DNA of 63,950 nucleotides, filler included, from Dirinaria sp. TL-2023a (taxonomy: Eukaryota): NCBI GenBank assembly GCA_051941275.1. It is 4 parts of 4 records of this genome, joined end to end, with 100 filler letters (N's around TTAATTAATTAA, not from the genome) between each part and the next. Parts side by side here need not be neighbours in the genome. Positions count along the whole stretch, not along the records: positions 49,280 to 63,950 come from JAVEBF010000590.1; 3 more parts are not named here. One strand, written 5' to 3'. Below the pieces are notes generated by a model, which made no database searches, was not told the DNA's origin, and saw nothing but the letters and a program-made list of their open reading frames with translations. Each line of letters begins with the position of its first letter. The first letter of the stretch is position 1. Made by a program: the position numbers and the translations under genes. This document shows, in pieces, positions 49,280 through 63,600 of the stretch.

Positions 49280-51138
49280 CCCCCCCCCTCTCTCTCCTCC
49301 CCACAGACTTCCATCAATACAAATACCTACAAAGATTAAACCACGCTTCAGCAACCCAGGCAGAATGGCTTAACGATCATTTGCGATAAAATCAACCAGA
49401 AGCTCCACCGTTCGAGCCCCCCCGCTAACAAATATATTCTACAGACATCCCAACTATCCAACTAAACTTAACAACTAATCTAAACTGCAACCCCCACCGT
49501 AGCCACTTATCAAATCCACGTCCCCTATCCATATCCTCCCATAAACTACGATAAGATATGGTGGATATAAGCCCCCCCCCCCTTTTCGCCGACGAATCCC
49601 CACACCTAGGGTCTCTTGTTCCGTTCGTGAATCTTTGGCACAACAGAGTACATGTTTGACCCTCTCCCCCCGGACAAACACATTTGCTCCAGTTTAGTGG
49701 CTCTTTGCACGATGGAGTTAATATGTTAAAGCGGACGGACGCCTTTCGGCCTCTTTGGCGGAAGGTGTTCGCTCGTATCCTTTAGATTGGCGGATTACGG
49801 GATAGGTTTGTTGGGTCGAGGTTGGTGTGGATATGAGTTGTGAGTAATATAAACCCCGTGTCGACTTCGCTTTGGAGGATAATTTGGGAGTTTCTGGTTG
49901 GTTGGTTTATTTTTTTCTTCCTCAAAAAAAAAAAAACTTAGATCTCGATATCTAACAAAGCACTAAATCCTCTACTCCGCTCCAAGATCAAGACAGTAAT
50001 CTTCTTTTCCAAAACACCAAGTCATACCTTCATCATATCCACAATCAAATCAATTCGGGCTAAAGCTGTGTATGATACATAACACTAAAATCTTGTAAAG
50101 CACCATATATAAACGCAGTACTAAATACTCTGCCATCTTCATATCATTCTATGAACATGAAGCTAGCAACGCAGATATCTAAAAAAAAAAAAAAAAAGAG
50201 ACTGCATAGGTACTTGCCTCAGCACGAGCAGAGCTAAGAGGGTCTACGACGTGGCCGTCCTTCCCCTCTTTTCCTTTGCAATAGAGGACGGACGCTTATC
50301 ACGTCATTTTGTGTTAAAGGGGCAGTGGTTCCACTACTGTCTTGCCCTTTCTTTGCAACGTACGAGTACAGCATTTGAAGCGGGAACAAAAAGTTTGTTT
50401 AGGTTTTGGAGTGATGGTTTTGTAGGAAGTAGGGCGCGGCATCTTGTCCTCTCGGATGGTGCGGATCGATCCACAGGCACATTAGAATCACGAGAAAATG
50501 TTCTCTGGAATATGGCTTGCAGCTTGATACTATTTTTGAAACCAACAGGAGGGTTCAATTTTGAATGAATGGGCGTCTGGACTAATCATGATAGGGATCA
50601 CTTTATCATCGTCGAGATCGTGGTTTTAGAGAGAATGGGGGCAATATATTCCAGATTCCAGGGAGCACATTGTCGAAGCGAAGCGGCCGTCCTACGCCGC
50701 TTATCAGATGTTCTAGACACGGCATATGATAAAAGTAGAATGGCATGACGGAAGTGGATTCCTGGGTTGTATGCTTCGGCCATGGGGAGGATCTTTCAGA
50801 TTCGAGTTCAATGAAGAGCATCCCGGGACAAATTTCGTGAGAGTGACTGGGCTTGATCCGAGGGTTTGGAAGCCTTGAATCAGACACTTCGGTGGGCATG
50901 TGCTTAGAGTTCGAGAGGGCGCCTGAGATTTCAGAGCTTTAGAAGTTTTGTAGTTTGTGCTTGGCCATTAGTCCCTATATGACAAGTCGAGGGAAAACGG
51001 CTCTCGCTTGGAAATTGGTCAGCGTCGGCCGTTCATTAGACACTGTAGATGCTGCAGCACCGGGCCAATGCATAAATGAGACCTTCCTTCCTCTGCAATG
51101 TTTGATTGATAGCTTCTACTTCGTGCTTTGATTCATTG

Positions 51139-51902
51139 TCAATTTTGCAACTGTATATTTCTCGGAACCCGCTGTCTGAATGGTTGGTTTGTGAGAAAAC
51201 GCCCCCAGCCAAGTTCTACCTGAAGACTTGTCGCTCGAGGTACGAGGACCCGAACAAAGAAATCGCATTCTATGAACCCATAGCGTGCACCAAAAGAGGA
51301 CAACAGAGCCATCACCGCCAAGACATGGTGATATTGCATGTTAGGGATTTTGGGTAGAACCTCTAACGTCACGTGGTTTTGAGGCCACGTGAGAGTCCGC
51401 AGTACAGGTCTGCGAGCAAAGTCGGGGGGATTCTCATCAATGAGCTCCTGAATCCTGGAGGTCTTACTGTCAGGATATGCCATTTTCGGAGGCAGGTGTT
51501 GGACTGGCTTACTGGGTCAGACCTTCCAGTACCGAGGCCGCAGCGTCTTCGAAATGGATAGATTCTCCATAATTTACAAATATCAGGGCTACGTCGGAGC
51601 TTATTGTGCGATACAGAAATGGTGCGGGCGGCATAGGTAAGGGGTTTTGACTAATGAGTGAATTAGTACAAGCGAGTTGACCGGGAGGTTGGCGTGGCCA
51701 ACTTTGATGGCAGGGCCGATGATGTCTCATTAGCGAGAATTATTGAAGGAAATTGCAGCGTGCAGTTGGCGTTGGCATCAGTGAGTATCCGTCGAGTAGT
51801 GCATGGAGTAACTGAAATGGCCCGCGCGGAAATCTCCATCAGCTGGCAGTGCAGGAACACCAGCACCATGTCACGGTATTGCCAAAAATATTTGATCCGC
51901 AT
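51139..51902 (-). CDS. Putative secreted orphan protein, 217 aa, 3 exons (51902-51703, 51650-51513, 51454-51139)
   Basis: Three short ORFs join in frame through 52- and 58-nt GT..AG introns with CTAAT/CTGAC branch sites; motifs PPAPFLYR...LIFVNYGESI and YGFIECDFFVR...LGWGRF. Confidence 0.65.
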
Positions 51903-52739
51903 CTTAATGGAACGTCTTGTATGTAGCGAGCTATCAAAAATGGAGCCGGAGCATCAATGGTTCTTGTTCTGAACCTGCATCACCTGCAAGGGCAATTTGG
52001 ACTTTTTGTACGCCATATTGAAGAGGAGTAGCGATTTGCATCGGACGACAATGAGATCTGTGCGCTGCGCATTGTCGGCCCGCCCCTCCTGTCTGAGAGT
52101 TCGGCGCCTGTGGAGTAGTGATACCGCTTAAGCCGACTGACAGCGCATAAACAGCGAATGAGCGAGTGTTATGAGATGCGCCTAATTTCAAAGCCAGCGT
52201 CCGTGAGCCAAGCATTCACTAGTACGTACCCTTGTTGCGACGAGGAGGGCAATCGGAACGTACTGTACGGAGTAGCCCGGACCCCAATTCGGTAGGATGA
52301 AGTTGGCATTTGCTTCTTTATCCAAGGTCCCGTACGATCCCTGACATACAGAAGTGAGGTGCCACGACCTGTGATTCTTGTCTTGCGTCTTAAGCAAACC
52401 CGTGTTTGCCTCCCTTCAAATATGTTGTCTGGCTGGTTCGTGCCCATAGTAGGGGGCAGAGTCTCTGATTCAGTGGTGCGAGTTACCGATCATTCCGCTT
52501 TGATCTGTAGAAAGCGTCACTTAATGACTGGATCGGAATTACCATGAACTAGACTCGTTTACCATTGGAACGGTCGTTTGTAGCTATCAAATCGTCTCAT
52601 GACGAGATTAGATGAGAACGAAGATCGAATCCTCCGATTAATGACTTCACTTTCCTGCAACATATCAGCGCATTGTTCAGTCTAAGCTCAAGTTACGAAA
52701 TCAGCTTGCCCACATTGTCGCTGGTCAGGCTACTTGGGA

Positions 52740-53958
52740 TCAACCACCAGAGCTGCTCCCTCGCTCGCCATCCTTTGCTGGATCGTACTCATCGAGCTTC
52801 TTAGGACCCGACCTCGACTTTCTAATGCTCTCAGTAGCTCCCTTATCTGTAATCTCAGTGACGCCGACCCGGTCGGTATCTTTGGTGGCACTATCTTGGT
52901 CACTATCAATCGCCCCATCCACACTATGACGCGGTCCTCTTGATCGCCGTCTCCTTGGCCGCCTGTCGTGTTCATCCTCACTTTGTTCTCCGTCATCGCT
53001 GAGGATCGGCTCGTGCTCGCCGTGCTGTTGATTTTTGATAAAGCTATCAATGATGTAGTATTGTATCGCGTTCATAACCACGGGGAAAAATAACATCACG
53101 AAGAATATCTGCACTGTTTCGTTGCCTTCCGTCCATCGTAATGCCCAATCGCCGACGCGAATAATCCACGGACACAGCTGGAAGATGACAAAGACACAGA
53201 ACTTCATGCCCAGCAGCCCCAAGAAGTAGATGATGCATTGCTTGCCCCACCAAGCTGCTTTTGGAGGGTGGCCGTAGTTACCGGACTCGATCGATTCCGG
53301 TGGGTTGGCCAGAGGCGTAAGAGCGAACCCGTGATGGAGAATGCGGAGGAGGATAACCAGTATTGGAATGCCGATCGTAGTCTATTCGGAATCAGTGCTG
53401 ATTAGCTAGCTTTCAAGGCTCGTGACCAATGGACAGACGCAAGCCAGTAGCTCTGGGGCATTCACTCACATCAATAGCTAGATTCAGGAGGTAGAAAGAG
53501 CACGGATTCGCCTGATAGTCTCCGGCTTTGACGGTGAATTGCCCGCTTGATAGCATCGACATGAGCAGATTTGCTACATGCAAAAGCGCGGATCCAACAA
53601 CTTGTTTCGAAGCATCAAAAGCCCATATCTTGATTGGTCGCTGTGGCCGCTCCCTCCACCTCTTATACACCAGTGATAATAACGCTAGAAGCCCGAGAGC
53701 GCCTTGTATGAAGAGAGCGAAGGGTCCAAGAAGGCGACATTCACCATTTTCAGCGCCTGGCCGGTTATTGGAATCGCTGGTAGAATTCGACGAAGGAGTC
53801 GCGGTTGAAGTGAGCATTACGGTCAGAGTAGTCGATGTGATGATAGTGGGAACGATTTCAAGAGAGGTCGGAGGTAGCATGTCTGGAAAGGTTACGCTTG
53901 TGGGTAGTGTTCGTAGAGGTGACAGCGTGGAGGAAGAACCATGTTGGAACAATGACAT
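52740..53958 (-). CDS. STIMATE-family / YPL162C-like vacuolar membrane protein, 2 exons
   Basis: CRLLGPFALFIQ, KRWRERPQRP.KIW.FD.SKQ, NPCSFYLLNLAID|TTIG, SGNYGHPP, VMNAIQYYIIDSFIK. Confidence 0.88.
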
Positions 53959-55052
53959 CAGGATGCGCGTATGGGTATATGATTCACCATAAGAAGTGAC
54001 GCCTTGAATGACCTGTAAAGCGAGTTGAGAGCTGATTGACGATAACTAGAAAAACGCAGTAATCGTACTAGGTATGGAGGGTGAAGTTGGTGGGGTTGGT
54101 ATCATTCACGTCCGAGGTCGAGGTCAAAAGCGATCAAATGTGATCTTTGACGCTAGGATGAAGCTTAGTGCAATTCAGTCGCATTCCGCGTGATCATGCT
54201 ATGATGGATGTCTTCGCAGTATTGTAAAAGATCAAGCTTAAAGAAAAAGGAAAAGTGGCTTCTCTAGAAGAGTGAGTCGTTTCAAGTGTGAAGGAGGATG
54301 TCGACGGCGAAGGCGAAGGCGGGGCGGAGGCCGAGGCTTTTCACTTCAAGGTTGCCTAAAGCGGCCGTTAGCGCAGTTCCTTCCATCCTACAAGAGCTTT
54401 TGGTTCCACCGCAAGGGACAAAGGCACTGCAATCATGCAAAACTTCCTATCCTTTACGCCTTGATAGCTTGGTCGATTACATGTATGTACTTATTCTTGA
54501 TTTTGGCTGACATATTTGCGCACCAAAGCCTTACTAGGCTAGATACAGATTGGAAAATCAGTTTTCGAGGATTTTCACGTTTTTGAAAAGCCGCTATCCA
54601 TCTCCATACCAATGATGAGCATAGTCATATGATAGGAGAATCTATCAAAAGCTTGACTGAACGCATCCCCTGCGCTACGAGATGACGGTGGATAAATCTT
54701 TGATGAAATGCAGCTAGTACCGCCAACTCCAGCTGTAGATATTACCGGAAGCTGTTCCTATCAATAGCGCGGACGCTGAAATCAGTCTGTCAACATGGCT
54801 CTGGCTTTGGGGTTCATCAATGAGCCAGCCAATGTTAAAGTCTCACACACAAAAGAAGCGAAGCCACCAAAGTTACTATTTCAGATAGTCGATGTTGAGT
54901 TATGGTGTAGCAGCTGGCATACACAAGTGGACAGCACGTCTCCAGCACTTGGAGGCGCTCATGAGCAAACGTGCCCCGAAATGATCCGCCCTAGAATCAT
55001 CCACCAACATAGTCTGTCGCCTATCAAACGCCGAAAACGCCGTAAAAGCTGA

Positions 55053-55742
55053 TCAGTCAATGCCATGTTGCTTCTTGAGCTTCTCTAGATTCTCCTGACG
55101 TTCCGCTATATCCTCTTTCGATTTAACCATCTTCTCCGGCTGATGATAGAGGACTGTATGGATGGGAGATATTAGCAGTATGACTTGTAGTAGGCTCTTC
55201 GAGCATTGACCGCGTAACTGGTGGCTGGAATAGCGGGCCCACTCACCAACCAGATATCGGTTCTGGAAATTGAAACCATTGAGCTTGTCGCAAGCCTGCT
55301 TCGCATCCATGACATCTTCGTATACGACAAAAGCAGTACCCTTCGTGTTGCCAGCAATTCCCTGACGGATTTGGCTGTCAATTTATCAGTCAATTCCTCT
55401 TGCCCATGCTTTGGAATACGAAATATTCGCCGGCGTGCAGCATACCGTATGGGCCCGAATTTTCCAAAGAGGTCAAAGAGCTCTTCAGGGGTGACGTTGT
55501 AACTGCACTGCTGTGTTAACTGATATTGATGCTTTCGAGGTATCTAGGGCCGCTGGTCGATAGAGACATGTGCCTGAGAATCATGCAATACTGACCTCAG
55601 ATTCTTCACAAAGAGGGCCCTGGACAGTTTGTCCGGTTAGCAACAAGCCCATAGTAAGTGGTCGAATAGCAGTCAAGCATCGACCAACCATGACGGCGGC
55701 TTACCGATTTACTTCAGGTGCAAGTTTACCCGCGCGGCTCAT
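55053..55742 (-). CDS. SF3B6: Pre-mRNA branch-site protein p14 (SF3b subunit 6), 5 exons
   Basis: [90 protein letters not shown] (RRM). Confidence 0.95.
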
Positions 55743-56802
55743 CGCTCGTGTTTCTTACGTACTTCGAAAATTTTGAATTGCGCAGAGATCGTGGAAGTCG
55801 CAGAGTATGTAATGTCTAAGTGCAGCGGGAAGGTGACTTCAATATTAATAATGAAGATGTTACGCATGTACCTACTTTCGTTGCAGCTGGTGTAACCCTA
55901 ACCCTTATCATTGCTCCCTTCCGACCCGGTTTGCAAAATATTAAATGCGCCAAGCCTCACCTAAAGTTTGCCATGGTGAGGTACATACAATAGCTCGCTT
56001 GGGCAGGTAAGGTATGTACTCCCAGACTTATCTTACCTTGTGATGAAAAGACCTCCTAGGGCTGTCGCATGATTTTGTTTATCCTGAGGTAGCCACATGT
56101 ACGGTCGATAAACACTCTTAAAAAAATTCTGCCATGAGTCTGAGTCCTGAGGCAGACCCAAAGTGTTCGAATAATTTTGCAAACCACCTACCTCACCTAC
56201 CATAGGTATGAGCTCGGCTACATGAACCTTAGGTACGAGCTACTCTACCTTTCGGTAGTAAGATAAGATACCTAAGGTGCCCTAAACATACCATCGCTAC
56301 TTGAGTAGCGGTGCGTGCGTCTTCCAAGAATGTAGGACCTTACATACAATAGCTGCAGAGTTCATGTCGATTCTCATTGATATAGAGGAACTAGCTCCGA
56401 TCATGACTATAGCGTTGGGAACCTCCCCCATAAAGTATCTGACACATTACTGTAAAATGCCGATGGCACTCGCACTCCTTGATTGCAAAGTCCACGAAGG
56501 GCGCTCTTGAGGGAACAGCTACTCCGCTGCAACGTCCAATTCGAAAAGGTCGTCTCGGCCCCCAGATGGCGCATAAGATTGTTGAATCTTCATAGTTCGA
56601 CGTAATACTAGGCTTTTGCCCGGCGTGGCAAAAACCATACCACGGAGCATGAGGAACCATGGATGTATTTACCCTGGGAACGACCCGGCGCCCAAGACGA
56701 GGAAATCCGAGATTCACTGTCGAGGTATAGCTAAAACTTCGTAAGATTCTCGCCATAATATCGCGTTGGTGTCAGTTCGTGTGCAAAGGATGATTTCTGG
56801 TC

Positions 56803-58934
56803 TCATCGCTCATTGCCGCCATTGTTTCGGTCTTCCTCGTCTATAAGTATAATGGTGCCGTCGTCAGCAGCGACATGCTTCCGACCCTCAAGTTCTTTCC
56901 CCATCTCCGCTGCAGCCCGTTTACCTCTATCAACGTCTACCAACAGCATTAAAGGAAGGGGCGTGAAGATCAAAATGGCCAGGAAGACAAAAGCTGGCCG
57001 AATATCCCCGTACCGTTGAGTAATAACGCCGACGATCGTCGGGCCAAAGACGCTTGAGCCTTTGTCTGTAATGGCATATAAAGCGTAGAATGCTGCTTCG
57101 AAACCAGGAGGAACTAGTTCTCCGAACAGGCTGCGGCAGTATGAGGAAAGGCCGCCAAGAACGACCCCATAGACAGCGCCCAGTAGATACATCTCCCAAG
57201 GTTGCTGGAGCCCTAGAACGCCCAGCTGCTTAATCGCTGGCACGAAACCGAGGAGCCCATAAAGTGGAATCAATTCGAATAGGACGATGCATGCGACAAT
57301 TGTCTGAGACGGCCGAGCGTTGAACAAACGCGAGATCTTGCTCCAAGTGAATGCTCCGATAACACCAGAAATGGTGACAATGACATTGATTCCGGCAAGC
57401 TCAGGGGCGCCCATACCCAAATCCGTTTTTGCGAAAAGTACTGCAGTGCCACTAACTGTTGCAATAGCATCACTAAGGAGAAACCAAGCCGATAGGAACA
57501 GCAGCATATCTGACAGAACCCGCGCCCGAAGAGCAGTTCTACCCAAAGAGCGCCATGCGTAAACTACATAGCTGACCCAGTTGCGTCTTTGCTTCCCATT
57601 TCTGGTAAACGGCATTGGCGGGCCAGGGCGAGGACGTAACCACAAAGCAGCAGGTATCGTAAATACGAACCACCACGTTCCGACGAACAGCAGGGCAAGG
57701 CGTAGTCCCAGTGTGCTAGATTTGCTAAAATTGCCCGCAATCAATAGTATTACGATAGCCAGGCTCTGCACGACTACCGCTGCTATATAGCCAATACCAA
57801 TACCGTACGATGAGATCTTCGTAGAAAGTAGGAGATCTGGAGACACGTGACTGGATCGATCGGTACTAGCAGATATAATCGGATCCGCAGATGAGAGTAA
57901 TGCATCCGTTGAGGACTCGAGGCGATGCTCTTCATGATCTTCGTCTTCATCTGGGAGATTTTGAGGATCACTGCTCGCGCAATGAGGACTCTCGACAATG
58001 TGCTGCTGTATATCGGGATGATGACGGACCAGCAATGGCAAAAAGGAATTCAGAAGGACGAACGACGCGCCAAAGCATGTGTTCGATATGATAGCAAGTA
58101 TCGCACCTAGGAGGTAGACGCTCGGCACAGCCACAATGAAGAGCATGGTCGCTACTGCTCCAGTAAAGGCAAAGGTTAAAAGCAAAAGCTTTCGATACCT
58201 GCCGTGGTCTGCTGCGCCAGACATTGAAATGATGAGTAGAGCCTGAATGAGGACGCTGAACGAGAATGTGTACATTGCGAAACTCGCCGTATTGACATCT
58301 CTGCCAAGGAATTTAAATATGCATTGCTTTTGGTCGCCATGCGCAGCTCTCAGCTCTATCTGTCTACGAGCTGGAGCCGTACTGTTGATGACTGCGGGAT
58401 GTCTGAAAACCGGCTGACAAGGGCGAGATCTGTCCGAGAGCAGGACGCCTCGTTCTCTAACCAATTGTTCTAGGATTATCGGTATGAAAGACCCTATAAG
58501 ATGTAATTCAGCCGGTATTCTGAGTATTGTGGGCGTTTCTGGCAAGCATACCGATACCGCAGACCACGAAAACTTCTGCAGCAAAGCCATAACTGTACCA
58601 GCCCGACAGCTCCTTCTTACTTGTTAGTCGTGTATCTTCGCCTGAATATCGCGGAGGCTCCTTGCGCTTATCGCGCTCCGAGTCTGACTGCATGCTCTGA
58701 CTCTCTCGGGATGGTCCGAACAGGGAATCCTCGTCGTCAGCTTCGAAGGAAGAGCTTGGAGAAAGGAAAGAGGCTTTGGCGCTCGAGGGCTGTCGAAGGA
58801 AAGCTGGCGTTGTCGCCGTGAGCTCTTCATGACGAGGCACCTGCGATGTCAGGTTTAGGCCCAAGCGCACAGTGGAGGAAGCGATCCATCAAGCATGGAA
58901 GGCAATGACGAAGTTCGTAGAATAGACAAACCAT
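56803..58934 (-). CDS. ATG22: Autophagy-related vacuolar amino-acid efflux MFS protein, 3 exons (58934-58932, 58840-58552, 58493-56803)
   Basis: [41 protein letters not shown] [41 protein letters not shown]; multi-TM. Confidence 0.93.
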
Positions 58935-60202
58935 CGTTTGGAATCTAAAACTCTCGCCCAGCACATCAGGTACTCGTACGAGTACTCCGTACTTTTATCC
59001 TTCACACCCCGTCGGCCCGTTCTACCTTCCGCAGCCCCACCCTTGTCCCTGTTTCACCGGAGCTTAGTAATCGCAGCGGATGGACCTGAGAATCCTCCGA
59101 AGAAATGTCCGCAAAAATCATCCTGTTTCCCCATTATGGCTGCCCGGCGCACAAGCAATCAAGCATTGTTATGCCATTGAACCCGTATCAGCAGGACTCG
59201 AGGACGAAGATCGATTGTTGGAGGGGTTGAATGAACAAGTACTAAGATAAGAGGCACATGGCCCCATGCTAGCTTGGCGGCAGGACCCATGTGATGTGAT
59301 CGCCAAAACAGCTCTCTCATGCGACATTGCTGAACTAATTGTATTACCCATATTCCAACGTCCTCATCGTGAACGCCAATCGCTTTGACCCTATCGATCA
59401 CACGCCAGTTTCATGAAGGATGAATCTCGGTCGCCTGAGCTGGGATTGTGTGCAAAGATCGTGGTCCCATTGGCTCTTCTAGTCGAGGGTTTGCGATTGT
59501 GACAATGTGTTAGAATGGGGAAAAGGGACTCCGCGATCCTTTCTTACTTTGAAAGTCGAAAGAAACTAGAGGTGGGATGGTTATTGGTCAGGCCAGGGCT
59601 GAGAACGACAAAGCATTCCTTGCAAGGGCTCTGCTTTGTGTATTTCGGAAGTCCGAAGTCAGTAGATCGATCGTTGAGCTTTTTGTGGTACTGGATGAGC
59701 TATTGTTGTTTTTCAACATGCGGTGAGCATGCAAAGTACTTCCGTACTCTAATGTCGGTATCGATAGATCGATGGATGGGGCTCTGGCGGCGGCGGCTGC
59801 AGCGCGAGTCATAGCCTTCTGGGCGATGAGCATCTCTGCACACGGCACATGTGAAATCAACGGTGATGGCCAACGCATTCTTGCGATAGAGTAGTGTTCC
59901 AGGGACCTTCTAAGAAGTAGTACTACTGTACGAGATGTACCTTTATGATAGGTGTGAGGTACTTTAGACTTGTAAAGGAAACACTTAATCCTTTAGCTTC
60001 TACTAGCGGAATTGAGGCGTCTTCAGTAGTTCAGTCTTCACACGCTCATCTAATAATCGCAGCAATCAGTGCCGGGAACCAAAGTGGCTAGCGCCCTCGG
60101 CCCATGTCTGGCCTGCTCGATGCCGCCTCTCCAAGCATCAGCCACCAAAGTACAGTACAGTACCGTAGTAGACTAGTACTGAACAAAGGCGCCGTCTCAT
60201 TC

Positions 60203-60265
60203 CACCATTCACCATTCACCATTCACCTTCACCTTCACCTTCACCTTCACCTTCACCTTCACCTT
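60203..60265 (+). repeat. Compound microsatellite (CACCATT)3(CACCTT)7
   Basis: Read directly from the sequence, upstream of MED14. Confidence 0.9.
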
Positions 60266-60690
60266 GACCAGCACCTGCCACACTTCCTTACTCCTTTCGT
60301 ACCTTCAACGTCGCAACCACGTCCTCATGCTATCGCAAGCCAAAGCGGCCAAACCTCCCTACCGCTCTTGAGTTGATTGCTTGAGACATCCGCGCGCAGC
60401 CTAGGCCTCACGCATTCCTCTACTAACGCTCGAAATCGCGCCATATCGCTCAGCGTACTTCGACACCCTGCTTGCTACCACTGACTGCGTGACTCAGAAG
60501 CCCATCGAGGGAGTCCTGGTCGCCGTGCTCTCGACCCGTTCATGTCTCCAAAGGCTTTTCGAATGTTTATCGCTTGTGCAATATAGAGTCGTCACAGCGT
60601 GCGGAGCCGGAGTGGTCGGAGGGGCGGGAGCAGGAGGCTCGGAGTGTCGATGTTGTGGAAACAGAAGGGTCGCAGCAGGCAGAAGAAGTC

Positions 60691-63600
60691 ATGCCTGGCG
60701 TTTTGATCGAGGCACAAGACACCACGAAGAGATCGAAGATGAGCAATCCCGCCGTCAACGGTCGCTTTGACGACACGGCGCCTTATGACCATCCTAAAGC
60801 GATGCCCGAAGCTCTCAGCAACGGAAACCGGCTGACCAACGGCGACCACGAGCTTCCAAACGGTGTCTACTCCAAAGGCGACCTCATGGGAATGGCGCAG
60901 GACCAAAGCCCACCAATAAATGGTGTCGAGGGTTTACTCGGCGGTCAGCTCCCACCTGAAATCGAGCATATCACATTCGGCTATCTTCCGCTTTCCAGCT
61001 TGATTAAAAGACTTGCTCAGGAGACCTTTAACGGACTGAACGAAGTCGTCAATGACATGTCCGAACAGACTTCATCGCAAGCCAGCAATTACAGCTCCTC
61101 TGGTACTCGTGTTCAGGTGAACGGAGCCAATGCTGAAGACGCATCGCAGAGAAATGTACAGAAGAAGCTACGGATGCTCGAATTCGCACAGCAACGACGG
61201 CAGCAATTTATCAAGACATTGGTTCTCTCCCAATGGAGCCGTCAAGCCGAGCAAGTGGGGAAATGCATTGATTTGAAAGTTTGGCTGGACGGCCAGAGAA
61301 GGGTCTTAAACGATGCTGTAGCGTGGACTGGGGAGCTGAAACGGGTTGTAGAGCCCACGAAGCTACAGAATCCGGATATACAGACCGCTTTGGAGGCACT
61401 TTCGCTTGGGAGAGCATTATGGCTTCCAGATCTGAACTACCTGCCATTGCGCAAGATGACCGCCAAGGAGCTCCTCAAGGCATTCCGAAGAATCAACACA
61501 CTGCTTTCCGTGCGGCTGAACATTGAGGAAACAATCCCGTTTCCACTTCGTGATTTTTCAATACGGTCTGGACGGGCTACGTTCCGCGTTAAAGACGAAT
61601 TTGAGCTAGATCTATCCATAGCAGACCAAGATCCGTCATCCCAGCTCTTCTTCGTTGACTTCCGATTTATCTTCTCCCCAGCAGCATCGGAGATCCCAAT
61701 GAGCCAAATACGAGATCAGATAGAGCTTAAGGTCAACGAGCTGCTCAGAAGCAAAGGCTTGAGTGGCTGTTTTGACTTTTTGCACGATCTGGTACTGACC
61801 CACAAATTGAGTATCCTCAGACAAGAAGCCAGCGCATTGGCCAGAGGGCATTGGTCTGACCATATCAGGGTCGAAGCCGTTCATCGTTCGGTGGTCGTCC
61901 AGTACTGGATACAGAGACCAGGTGGCAGAAATTGGGTCGAGATCGGGGTGCGGCGTGGCGAGGAGAAGCATTCAAATTCTCTTCAAGGCAGTCGTCCTGT
62001 GCCTCAAATTGCACTTCGATGGTTTCGCGCTGGCAAGGAAGTTTTAGAACCATCAGTCGACCTAAGCTTAGGGGATCTCTCATTGGCTTACATCTTGGAG
62101 CAGGTGATTGCCAAGCACACATCATCCATCTTTGCAGAGACCACGAGAGCGTTGAGGGCTGAGGCATTGTACGGAGAGCGGGTCTTGAAGTTGAAGCAAA
62201 ATTCATCGGTCAAGGAGCCTACTGAAGCATCACTGCTCATCCAGCTCACACCTTCGAAAGCGATCAAGATCGTCCAAGAGCCCGTGACAGGTAGATTCGC
62301 GGTTTTACCGGCTAGTCAGCTCAATATGCGCATGGAACGAGATCTCAACCGCCTGGCCTCTCCTGCTACAGAAGCTACTTCGCGGATAGCAAATCTCAGA
62401 TGTGTTTCCGTTCAATCGGAATTTGACGAACATGCTCGATGTGCGGGCTGGGAGCCAGTTCGCTCATTGCACCTAGATCGGGAGGTGATGCAACGGTTTT
62501 TCCCGGATAAAACTCTGAGGATCAGCTTTTTCCGCAAGAAAGCCTGGGCTCCAGGGTGGGTCCTGGCGCTGACTACAAGCCTTATGGGAGATGCCACATG
62601 GATAGTGCAGACGATCGATCAAAATCCGACAACCGAGAATGCTGGTGCAAGTGTGAAGAGTGGGCCAGCCCTGCGTGCTGCGCTCAAAATCCCAAGCAAA
62701 GCCCTTAGAGCGCTCTTGGTCGATCCTTCGTTCGAAAATCTTGCCAACATTGAGCGCGTACTAGTTGGCATGATCTCTCAGTACCTTAATACCCGACACC
62801 TTACAATGGAAGGCATTCCTCACAAACTAGACCCTTTTATAGCTGCTAGGCCCGACATGCGGACAGCTCGTCTTTGTATTCGTTTCCCTGCGCCTAGCTC
62901 TGGTTGGGAAACGGGTACGCCACCTCCTGTATCGAAGGCCTGCCGTAATGACATGATTGCCCTCGACTACCACGGTATCGACCCTCCCAGCTCATCTGGG
63001 ATCCATATCGCCGCTGCCCGCATACACAGAGGCATTGCTGGGATCAAAAGTCTTGCAGCCAGCCTTTCCTCCACACTTGCCTTCCACCCAAGGTCTGGCG
63101 CCTTCGCCTTTCGCCTTATCACTCCCGTCGGCACCACTACTATTCCGGGCCTGCTCGACCGTCTCTCAACTGTTGAGCGTCTCTTTCAGTGCCTATCTAT
63201 CATACAGCATCGAAGACTTGTCTGCGAGATCATATCGCTTACCCGCCTCAGCTTCACCTACCATTCCAACCCTTCGATGAAAGCAGTCCTCGATCTCCCT
63301 CCCGGCAAACCGATGCAACTGTCTTTCGACTCCTCGAGTCCGCATCTCCGCATTCAGGATGCCCTGAACATCATTCTCCGTGCTCCTGACGGTGGCTTGA
63401 TGCAGGCTCTGCTCCATCTCGACACTACCCTACCTCTCCTTCGCCAGCTCTCACATATTGAGACTCTGCATCAAGAGACCGGAGATTGGATTGATATTCT
63501 GCCTCGATCGGCGGAGTGGTTCGAACTTCGCTACCATGACCCGAAATGTCGCATCAACATCACCCTGCGAAGACGACAACACGGGGTCAAATGGTTTGTT

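Noticed and set aside
55891..55905. TGTAACCCTAACCCT upstream of SF3B6, identical to part of the MITE arm
   Set aside because: Only 15 bp, mostly telomere hexamer, with no second arm; more simply a telobox-like promoter motif or chance.
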